A stretch of 64,000 nt of DNA, from assembly GCA_021107435.1 (NCBI GenBank), contig JAIOSV010000089.1, positions 111,347 through 175,346 on the forward strand, read 5' to 3'. This stretch comes from Candidatus Sabulitectum sp. (lineage in GTDB: Bacteria; Fermentibacterota; Fermentibacteria; Fermentibacterales; JCC-6). Position 1 is the first letter of the stretch; every line of letters starts with the position of its first letter. This document shows, piece by piece, positions 21,888-30,012 of this stretch. The translations under genes were made by a program, and so were the position numbers. The notes beneath the pieces are model-generated. The model was given only the letters and a program-made list of their open reading frames with translations. It was not told where the DNA came from and did no database searches.

Positions 21888-23099
21888 ATGAAATTTGCCG
21901 CACTTGTGCCACTAATTGTTTTCGCTGCAATTGCTCAGTTCCCGGATACTTTTCTGGGCTCTGTCTCTGTGGGTCAGAACCCTATGGATGTCTGTCTATC
22001 CCCTGATGGCAACAGAGCCTATGCTGCTGTTGAATTCGGATTTGCCACCGCTATTGATATAAACGGTTACTCGGATTTCTCCCTTGCCGGGCTTGTAACC
22101 ATAGACGGAGAGCCGGTGACCCTTCAGTGCGACCCCACAGGTGAATATCTTTACGTGGCAGATCAGGAAAACAATCTGGTACACATCATTAACACCTCGG
22201 AACTCTCTGTGGTAAAAACTCTTGATATTCAACCTGATCCAACCGACATGGTTCTCTGCTCTGCCGGAAACATGATATACCTTTCTCATGAAAACGGCAT
22301 GATCACAGTAATAGACACTGAAAGTCAAACTGTTGAGGAGAGCTTCTGGGTCGGTGAAGAAATCAACTCCATTTGCATTACCCCTGCGCAGGATCTCGTA
22401 TTTGCCGCAGATGACGGAAGTCCCGAAGAAGCAGTAATCACAACCTCTACCGGCGTCCTTACCCATATCAACAGTGGCATGGACAGCTACGGCTGCGCCG
22501 TTTCAGGTAATGGCACAAGACTATTCCTGTCATGCCCGTCCTGGAACATTATTGGAGTAATGGATATTGCATCCCTGACTGTAGAGGGAACAATTCCATG
22601 CACGGGTGATGCCCCGGAGAAAATGGCTGCCCTGCCGGGTCTGCCCTACCTGTACGGGGTGTGTCCAGAGCAGAATACTATTACAGTCTTCGGCACAGAC
22701 GATCTGACTCAAAAGGGAGAAATCCCCCTTACTGGCGGACCTGCGAACATCGCTGCTCACCCTGATGGAGAAAGACTATTCATTGTATGTACAGCAGACA
22801 ACAAGATGAAAATTATCGGGTTTGATCCAACGGGAATTGATCCGATCATGCACGAACATATGCTCAGCGTACTTCATTCACCTTCAACTGCACCATCTGT
22901 TGCCGTCACCTGTTTAAACGGCGGTATCGTTTCCCTCAGTGCTTTTGATCTGGCGGGAAGAACCGTATGGACTGCGGAAACAGTAATGACTCAAAATGAA
23001 ACACGACAGTTCAGTCTGGAGAATGCCCCTGTGGGCGTACTGATTGTAACCTCAACAATCGAAGGAACCGTGAATTCAGTCAAAGTGGTTGTGCTGTAG
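21888..23099 (+). CDS. secreted YVTN-family beta-propeller repeat protein with T9SS-type C-terminal sorting domain
   Basis: Signal peptide MKFAALVPLIVFAAIAQ. Repeated ~40-aa units (YLYVADQENNLVHIINTSELSVVKTLDI...). C-terminal ~80 aa (LSAFDLAGRTVWTAETV...GVLIVTSTIEGTVNSVKVVVL) fit the T9SS type-A CTD pattern. Confidence 0.6.
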   Translation: MKFAALVPLIVFAAIAQFPDTFLGSVSVGQNPMDVCLSPDGNRAYAAVEFGFATAIDINGYSDFSLAGLVTIDGEPVTLQCDPTGEYLYVADQENNLVHIINTSELSVVKTLDIQPDPTDMVLCSAGNMIYLSHENGMITVIDTESQTVEESFWVGEEINSICITPAQDLVFAADDGSPEEAVITTSTGVLTHINSGMDSYGCAVSGNGTRLFLSCPSWNIIGVMDIASLTVEGTIPCTGDAPEKMAALPGLPYLYGVCPEQNTITVFGTDDLTQKGEIPLTGGPANIAAHPDGERLFIVCTADNKMKIIGFDPTGIDPIMHEHMLSVLHSPSTAPSVAVTCLNGGIVSLSAFDLAGRTVWTAETVMTQNETRQFSLENAPVGVLIVTSTIEGTVNSVKVVVL

Positions 23100-23116
23100 A
23101 AATTCATTCGCTCAAA

Positions 23117-23142
23117 GAGTGTGTCCGTGTACAGGACACACT
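23117..23142. terminator. bidirectional terminator hairpin between convergent genes
   Basis: Perfect 10-bp stem GAGTGTGTCC-gtgtac-GGACACACTC, located between the stops at 23099 (+) and 23190 (-). Confidence 0.5.
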
Positions 23143-23189
23143 CATGTTCGTTGTATTGATGTAAATACGGAACTCAAGTTGCCTGATGC

Positions 23190-26100
23190 TCAGAATAGAT
23201 CTACACCATCGTCAACAATAACCCATCGACCGTTCACGAGAACAAGCCTTATTTCCTCGATAGCTCCCTCAAAGGTAACCGGCACAAGGGCAGTTTCTCC
23301 ATTGATTACTGCTTCTCCAATCTCAATCTCCGCACTGCCCAGCATAACCATCACGAATTCATCAATTGCCATGTTCTCTATTTCTTCAGCAGTTATCTCA
23401 ATCCCCCCGGAAGATAATTCTGCAGCCATTTCATCCGGAGCCAGCTTCATCACACGGAGAACCGCGTTGAAGTCAGCAAGCTCTTCTTCGGACAAACCGC
23501 CGAGGATAAATTCACCATCGCTGTTCAGCATCATATCCACAAAGAACGCGACAACTTCCTCCGGCGTTCTCATTACTGCTCTTGCAATACGAAAACCATC
23601 ATTGTAGTAGTGACCTGACAAGAGCGCTACGTTGCGATATGAGCAAAATCTGGGATGTTCAGATGCAAAGCTTCCTCCGCGAAGAACGCGATTGCCGCTT
23701 GAACCTGCAAATGCGCTGCCATCCACGGGACAATCGCTTAAGTCAGCCGTGTACACATCTTCGCACCACTCGGAAACATTACCCAGGATATCGTATAGAC
23801 CCCATGCGTTGGGTTCGAGAAGCCCCACCGGATGAGTGCTGTTATCGGAGCTACCGGCATGCCAGCAATAGAGTTTCACCACTCTCTCTGAAAAACTGTC
23901 GCCCCAGTAGTATCCGGTAGTTGTTCCAGCCCTGCAGGCATACTCCCACTCTAACTCTGTTGGTAATCTGTAAGCTGAGTTCTGATCCATGCTGTTCATT
24001 GCAACGACAAAGTTCTGACATTCATTCCAGGTTACATCGTGCACAGGATTGAGTGGTCCCACACCATAGTTGCTACCGCTGTTATGGTTCTCATTCATAA
24101 CTTCCTTCCACATGCCCTGTGTAACCTCGGTGGTCATAAGCTCAAAGCTGTCTATCTGAACAAGACGCTGCTCTTCCTCACCCATCATGAAACTTCCGGA
24201 AGGTATGGTTACAAATTCCATGCCGCTTACCGGTCCGGTGCGCCCAAAGGTCAAACCCCGTGCGTCAGCCCATCCGAAATGATCAGCAGCATCGGTTACC
24301 CTGATCCGGCATTCAGATCCTCCAAGGTTGTATTCAGCTGGAACGGAAGTATTCTGAAGGCTGAAGCTGCCGTTGTTATCTATCCACCCGGAAAGATCTG
24401 ATACCGATGTAACGCCGTCGTAAAGCTCAACTTTGACTGAGTCCGAACCGCCTGTCCATTCAATTGTCTTCCCGTCAACAGTTACAGGAAGAGAGCCTAT
24501 CTCAAACTCCTCGCTCCAGCCGAGAACTCCCTGATCATCAACAATGCGAATCCGGAAACCGGAACCTGTTCCCCATCTGGAAGGTATGCAGGCTTGCCTT
24601 ACCTCCGAGTCGTTATTGTTTACCCATCCGCAGAAATCGCCCATGAATCTGTCATTCCTGTAAACGTCACATTTCACGCGCTCACCTGGAAATCCTTCCC
24701 AGGCAACAGTAGCTTCCGTCGTTCCGGTTGACCAGCAGGCAGTTCCATCAGGATCTGTAACAACAGCCCGTGAGTATATTCCGAATTCATTCTTACTGTA
24801 TTCATCACCGGCACTGTCGATCACTATAACAGGGGTGTCCGGCCCTCTTTCCCAGCTTTCAGAATCCGTTGGGATTATTGCTCTGAGAAGCACCATTTGA
24901 TCTGATAAAGAATCAGAGCCGATAATAAGAAATTCATTCTCGGAAGAGTTTATCTCAACAATACTACTGAATAAATCTGTGAGATCAAGGTCAAGTACCA
25001 TCATTTTCTGTAGAACTCCAGTTTCGCTGAAAACAGCGATGAACGGCTGCTTCCGGCCCCAGACTGTATAGTATTGGCCTTCTGGAAAAATGCTGATCGC
25101 TGTTGCACCAACTGCGTATATCAGGCCCGAAGATATCTCTATTGCATCGTAAACGCAGGCCTCTCCCAGACCGGCACCGGCAGTTTTCCACAAAGGATTA
25201 CCGGTTTCACCGTCCAGAAAACACACGAAGTAACAATCCGGATCGGTCACCCACTCCTGAACATTGCCACTGACAATAATGTTACCGGCAGATGTCTCTC
25301 TGAAGGACTTGATATGCGGCCAGATCTCACCACTGCCTTCAGACAGATCAAGCAGGTAGGAAGAAGTTATTGAATAGTGAAACAAAGTCTCTCCGTTGGC
25401 TGATATTCGCTGAATCTCTGTAACGTAGTCAAAAGCGTCAGGCGAGCTGCTTACCATATACCCACCACCCGAAAGCTCTGTAACACAAGAAGACCAGTAG
25501 CACTCACTGTCTGTTCCTTCAAGAGAACATGTCCATGCTGTATCCGCCTGCCCGCTGCATGCGATCAGAGACCTTTCTCTCGAACCGTCCAGTGCAGCAG
25601 TAGTCATAATGAGAGGATTACCTGAAACGATCTCTTCGCATGACAGCGGATAGCCGTTGGAATCCGTCTCAACTGTCCACAACTCATCACAGAATGAAAC
25701 CATGTTTCGAGAGAGATGCCTTTGTAGCTGTACTCGATCTCTTCCTGATCCTTCAAACTGACACCTGTCTATCAGTATCGGATTATAGCGCATTGTCTCT
25801 ATGGGACATAAATGCTCCGAAAGAATGTTGATTGTCACCGGATTAACCGGCGACACCGACTCTGCTGTTAATCTCTCCCGGACATACGCCGGAATCTGAC
25901 GGGTCAGTTCACGATCTGTCATCATCTCCAGATAGATGATGTAGTGCCCTCGCGCCTCAGTGGATTCACCAAGAGCCCAGAGAACATCCGCGATGTTGAG
26001 ATGAGCCACCATCCGTTCCGGTTTCAGATCCAGAACTTTTCTCAGAACGATCAGTGATTTGTCAAGATCATCTGTCTGCTCAAGATAGTATGCGTAGTTG

Positions 26101-26873
26101 TTCATGATCATTGCGTATTCGCCCAGATCCATGTATTCCGAATAATCACAATCTACATAGTCCAGACTGTCCGTGAAAGCGGTAAACCATTCTCTGTCGG
26201 TATGAAGAAAACCGGCGAGATCTCCGAACAGACTCACGGCTTTCCCGAAATTACCAGCAGCTCCAGCTTCCCCTGCAGCCCGGTTAACGCTTCTCAGCAG
26301 ACGGACGAACATTTCATCGGAATTGTAGTAGTTTCCCGGGTAGAACATTTCGTTGATCTCGCGTATTGCCTCAGCTATATTTCCCTCTGCCATAAGGCTG
26401 TCTGCTCTCTCCAGAGCCTCCATTGATGGATCACCTGAATAGTATCGCAGACACTCAAGCGATCCGGAATCAATGTTCCACCGGTAACAAACAGCATGGT
26501 AGCTTGCACTGTATGGCATCTGAAAAAACAGACGGATCTCGTCTTCCTCTTCGAAGTATCTTGAATCTGACTTCGCGAAGTTGTAGTTCCCCCTGTAGCT
26601 GCTGGTACCCAGAAGAAGAGGAATATCACTGTCATGGGTTTTCCCCAGCAGATATATGTCCAGCGAGTCCCGCTCAACTTCAATACCCGTTATCAGCAGC
26701 TCATAGATACCATTCGGAAGGTTGCCGGTATCAAAATGATACACTATCGGCAGGACTGTTCGAGAGACTGTATTCCAGTGTTCCAGTAACTCACCGGTAA
26801 TCGGTTTATAGTCAATCCGGCCAAAGGAAATAGACGCTGCGAGAAAAAGAATAGGAATAAGTGTTCTCCTCAT
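23190..26873 (-). CDS. large secreted multidomain protein: N-terminal TPR-like region, beta-rich middle, FGE-sulfatase (SUMF1/EgtB/PvdO-type) domain, acidic C-terminal tail
   Basis: Signal peptide MRRTLIPILFLAASISFG. The FGE-sulfatase domain is recognisable around residues ~840-1090 (EFVTIPSGSFMMGEEE..., WEYACRAGTTT..YWG, LRGGSF). It is 1227 aa. Confidence 0.7.
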   Translation of the reverse strand: MRRTLIPILFLAASISFGRIDYKPITGELLEHWNTVSRTVLPIVYHFDTGNLPNGIYELLITGIEVERDSLDIYLLGKTHDSDIPLLLGTSSYRGNYNFAKSDSRYFEEEDEIRLFFQMPYSASYHAVCYRWNIDSGSLECLRYYSGDPSMEALERADSLMAEGNIAEAIREINEMFYPGNYYNSDEMFVRLLRSVNRAAGEAGAAGNFGKAVSLFGDLAGFLHTDREWFTAFTDSLDYVDCDYSEYMDLGEYAMIMNNYAYYLEQTDDLDKSLIVLRKVLDLKPERMVAHLNIADVLWALGESTEARGHYIIYLEMMTDRELTRQIPAYVRERLTAESVSPVNPVTINILSEHLCPIETMRYNPILIDRCQFEGSGRDRVQLQRHLSRNMVSFCDELWTVETDSNGYPLSCEEIVSGNPLIMTTAALDGSRERSLIACSGQADTAWTCSLEGTDSECYWSSCVTELSGGGYMVSSSPDAFDYVTEIQRISANGETLFHYSITSSYLLDLSEGSGEIWPHIKSFRETSAGNIIVSGNVQEWVTDPDCYFVCFLDGETGNPLWKTAGAGLGEACVYDAIEISSGLIYAVGATAISIFPEGQYYTVWGRKQPFIAVFSETGVLQKMMVLDLDLTDLFSSIVEINSSENEFLIIGSDSLSDQMVLLRAIIPTDSESWERGPDTPVIVIDSAGDEYSKNEFGIYSRAVVTDPDGTACWSTGTTEATVAWEGFPGERVKCDVYRNDRFMGDFCGWVNNNDSEVRQACIPSRWGTGSGFRIRIVDDQGVLGWSEEFEIGSLPVTVDGKTIEWTGGSDSVKVELYDGVTSVSDLSGWIDNNGSFSLQNTSVPAEYNLGGSECRIRVTDAADHFGWADARGLTFGRTGPVSGMEFVTIPSGSFMMGEEEQRLVQIDSFELMTTEVTQGMWKEVMNENHNSGSNYGVGPLNPVHDVTWNECQNFVVAMNSMDQNSAYRLPTELEWEYACRAGTTTGYYWGDSFSERVVKLYCWHAGSSDNSTHPVGLLEPNAWGLYDILGNVSEWCEDVYTADLSDCPVDGSAFAGSSGNRVLRGGSFASEHPRFCSYRNVALLSGHYYNDGFRIARAVMRTPEEVVAFFVDMMLNSDGEFILGGLSEEELADFNAVLRVMKLAPDEMAAELSSGGIEITAEEIENMAIDEFVMVMLGSAEIEIGEAVINGETALVPVTFEGAIEEIRLVLVNGRWVIVDDGVDLF

Positions 26874-26961
26874 GTGAATGCCTCCTTGAATTGTTGTGTA
26901 ACAATCTGCTAATTAATTCGAGGCTCAGAGTCAAGTACTGCTTTGCGGCACCTGCATGCCA

Positions 26962-27001
26962 TGTCATTGACCGAACAGAGTATCAGGCATTATCATGTAA
27001 T
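26962..27001 (+). promoter_or_regulatory. conserved upstream element copy 1 (TTGACC-N18-TATCAT promoter-like)
   Basis: 40 nt identical to 28503-28542: tgtcattgaccgaacagagtatcaggcattatcatgtaat. It lies ~80 nt upstream of the first TPR paralog. Confidence 0.35.
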
Positions 27002-27075
27002 ACAGTGGAAAATTAATAGAAAAAGGGAAAGGAACTATTGCATGGAAAAACTGTATCCTGACTCTTCGGATTCCC

Positions 27076-28257
27076 ATGGCTGAATCTTTTGAGAACAAAA
27101 ACCTGGAAATCCTGCTGAAAAAGCTTCCTGATACTGAAGGGCCGCAGCAAATTGAGCTTCTCGCCGATTTAACTGTAGCCTTCAGGGAAATAAATCCCGA
27201 GAAAGTAATTGAATTCGGGAAACAGGGGCTGGAACTGCTTCAGGACAGCAAAGAGAAGAAACTGAAATTAGTTATTCTGAATGAGATCTGCAGGGCATAT
27301 CATTACCTTAGCAAATACCAGACTTCGCTGGAATACGGCTTTAAAGCACTTGAACTATCTAATGCAAGCAATGATGATCTACACAAGGCAACCGCTATAA
27401 ACAGAATTGGCACGACATACCTGAATATGGCATTATTTAATCAAGCTCTTGAGTGTTTCATGCAGGCTCTTAAAATATATGAAAACATCGGTGACAAACG
27501 TGGCATCGCAGGATTGTACATTAATATTGGATTGGTCTGCAGTAAAATAGGCGACCGCGAAAAGGCTCTGGAGTATTACAGCAAAGCAATGAGAACACTT
27601 AAAGAAGTAAATGACAAAAGAAGTCTTGCCATCCTGTATAATAATATTGGTAGCATTTACAATGATTCAAAGGAACATAAAACGGCTCTGGAGTATTTTA
27701 GGAAAGCACTTGAAATCAAGAAAAAAATCGGTGAGAAGTTTAGAATAGCTCACACCTTAACCAATATCGGCACAGTATATATGGATACCGAAAATTATGA
27801 AAAATCGTTGGAATACTTTTTTCAATCACTCAATATCCAGGAAGAAATCCGTGATGAGTATGCTTCTGTTGAAACACTCCGCAATATTGGTTATTCCTAC
27901 GCTTCGACTGATAGGATTGCTGAAGCTGTTAAATATATACAGCAAGGACTTTCAATTGCGAAAGCACTTAAAGTACCTGATCTGATAATGAGTTGTTATG
28001 AATCCTTTTCGGCTATCTACAAAAAAAAGAAAGATTTCAAGAAAGCATTTGAATACTACAAACAGTTCAAGAAACTTGATGATGAGATATTCACAAAGGA
28101 AAGCAGCAGGAAATTCAACGAACTCCAGATAAGCTACGAAACAGAAAAGAAGGAAAAGGAGAGTGAGATTTACAGGCTCAGGAATATCGAACTGGTAAAA
28201 ACAAATGAGAATCTGACAAAAGCTCTTGCTGAAATAAAAACACTGTTCTTCATGTAA
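27076..28257 (+). CDS. TPR-repeat protein, paralog 1 (C-terminal Cys4 tail is out of frame; possible pseudogene or frameshift)
   Basis: About nine TPR-like repeats then a coiled-coil segment (ETEKKEKESEIYRLRNIELV). The ORF stops at 28257. The +1 frame from the A5 run at 28236-28240 reads KHCSSCKKIRDDSGYWEQIEEYIAERSDTQFSHGICPECEKNLYTELTNLNK* to 28396. A hairpin (28395-28415) follows. Confidence 0.65.
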   Translation: MAESFENKNLEILLKKLPDTEGPQQIELLADLTVAFREINPEKVIEFGKQGLELLQDSKEKKLKLVILNEICRAYHYLSKYQTSLEYGFKALELSNASNDDLHKATAINRIGTTYLNMALFNQALECFMQALKIYENIGDKRGIAGLYINIGLVCSKIGDREKALEYYSKAMRTLKEVNDKRSLAILYNNIGSIYNDSKEHKTALEYFRKALEIKKKIGEKFRIAHTLTNIGTVYMDTENYEKSLEYFFQSLNIQEEIRDEYASVETLRNIGYSYASTDRIAEAVKYIQQGLSIAKALKVPDLIMSCYESFSAIYKKKKDFKKAFEYYKQFKKLDDEIFTKESSRKFNELQISYETEKKEKESEIYRLRNIELVKTNENLTKALAEIKTLFFM

Positions 28258-28502
28258 AAAAATCCGTGATGACTCCGGATACTGGGAACAGATAGAAGAA
28301 TACATAGCAGAGCGTTCAGACACTCAGTTCAGTCACGGGATCTGTCCTGAATGCGAGAAGAATCTTTATACTGAATTGACTAATCTCAACAAGTGAGACC
28401 CCTCTTCAGGGTCTCCAACGGGAGTAGACTGCATTTCCTGAAGCTGATATTGGACGATCAGGCTCTACTGGGGCAATGTCTGTCCTGAAGTGAGACTTGG
28501 TA

Positions 28503-28542
28503 CTGTCATTGACCGAACAGAGTATCAGGCATTATCATGTAA
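28503..28542 (+). promoter_or_regulatory. conserved upstream element copy 2 (TTGACC-N18-TATCAT promoter-like)
   Basis: Identical 40-mer ~125 nt upstream of the second TPR paralog. Confidence 0.35.
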
Positions 28543-28664
28543 TCAAGTTGAGAACTCAATGTAAAAGGCAATTGAAAAACAATACCGGAATCACATTTCG
28601 ATATTATCAGATATCCAGTTTCTTCGCTCTGCGGGAAGATAGCTGTTCCTGAAATAGTGATGGA

Positions 28665-30002
28665 GTGCATGACATGCCGAATGAAGAAATTATTAAGCTG
28701 GAAAATGAACTGGAAAAACTCAGACTGGAATCTCCTGGTTTAGAACTCACGGTTACGCTGAATAAACTTGCTTATGCCTGTCTCCATTCGGATCCACGCA
28801 CCGCGGAAGTGCACGCTCTGGAAGCACAGTCCCTTTCGATAAATCTGGGATTTCCTGTAGAGCTGGCAAAAAGCGACACTACGCTTGGAAGGATTAATCA
28901 GGAGGCAGGTAATTTCCCTGAGGCAATGTCGTATTGCCGGAAGTCAATGAATATCTATGAAGAACTCCGGGACGGGAACGGGATGGCATCTGTTAATGGT
29001 ACACTGGCAGCCATATACTGGTCCCAGGGCATGATTGACAAAGCTCTTGAGCACTTCCTCGAATCTCTCAGGCAAAAACAGGAATGTGATGCCAGCCATG
29101 ATGAACTTGCCAACTGCCACTTCAACATAGGCTCATGCTACTGCAGCCTGAACCGTTTTGATCTGGCGCAGGCATCCTATGAATACGTGCTGAAAATATG
29201 GGAAAAGTCAGGAGAACTCGAGAATCTGGCATACATCTACAACAACATCGGCACTCTCTATGGGAAAAAGAAAGAGCTGGACAAGGCTCGTGAGTACTTC
29301 CAGAAAGCTCTTGATTTCAGAAAGGATCTGGGAGATAAAAAAGGCATGGCAAGCACTCTCAGCAATCTGGGAAGTCTGCATAAAGATCTCGGCGATAATG
29401 AATCAGCTCTGAGCTTCTACAACAGAAGCCTCGAACTGTATGAGGAGATCGGCAACCAAAGAGGAGTTGCCTATACATGCGGGTGTGCGGGTGGGATATA
29501 CACTGCCCTGGGAAGCCTTGACAAAGCTGAAGAAACTATCATCAGAGGCCTGGAGATAACAAGAAAGCTAAAGATACAGGATTGGGAGATCCACTGCCTG
29601 GAGATGATAACAGACCTGTACGAAGCGAAAGGAGATCTGCAAAAGGCACTGATGTACTCCCAGGAATTGAACATACGAACAAAAGAGAATCTGAACGAAA
29701 AAAGTCTGGAAAAGATCGCAAGGCTTCAGGTACAATTCGAAACCGAGAAGAAGGAAAATGAAGCTGAGATTTATCGTTTGAAAAACGTCGAACTTTCCGG
29801 TATGAATAATCAGCTACGCGAAGCTTTGACTCATGTGAAGAAACTTCAGGGAATGCTTCCTATCTGCGCAAGCTGCAAGAAAATCAGGGATGATGACGGT
29901 TACTGGCAGCAGATTGAGTCTTATATCTCCGATCACTCCGACGCGAAAATCACTCACGGAATGTGCCCCGAGTGTATAACAAAGCTATACGGCGAAGGGT
30001 GA
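28665..30002 (+). CDS. TPR-repeat protein, paralog 2, with intact C-terminal Cys4 (CxxC...CPEC) zinc-ribbon-like tail
   Basis: TPR repeats, then a coiled coil (ETEKKENEAEIYRLKNVELSGMNNQLREAL), then LPICASCKKIRDDDGYWQQIESYISDHSDAKITHGMCPECITKLYGEG. No signal peptide, so it is cytoplasmic. Confidence 0.75.
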   Translation: MHDMPNEEIIKLENELEKLRLESPGLELTVTLNKLAYACLHSDPRTAEVHALEAQSLSINLGFPVELAKSDTTLGRINQEAGNFPEAMSYCRKSMNIYEELRDGNGMASVNGTLAAIYWSQGMIDKALEHFLESLRQKQECDASHDELANCHFNIGSCYCSLNRFDLAQASYEYVLKIWEKSGELENLAYIYNNIGTLYGKKKELDKAREYFQKALDFRKDLGDKKGMASTLSNLGSLHKDLGDNESALSFYNRSLELYEEIGNQRGVAYTCGCAGGIYTALGSLDKAEETIIRGLEITRKLKIQDWEIHCLEMITDLYEAKGDLQKALMYSQELNIRTKENLNEKSLEKIARLQVQFETEKKENEAEIYRLKNVELSGMNNQLREALTHVKKLQGMLPICASCKKIRDDDGYWQQIESYISDHSDAKITHGMCPECITKLYGEG

Positions 30003-30012
30003 TAAGAACAAA

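Noticed and set aside
28236-28240. Programmed ribosomal frameshifting at the A5 run in TPR paralog 1
   Set aside because: A5 within ATAAAAACA is not a recognised strong +1 slippery site. A homopolymer sequencing error or a real indel is more parsimonious. It is mentioned only as a remote possibility.
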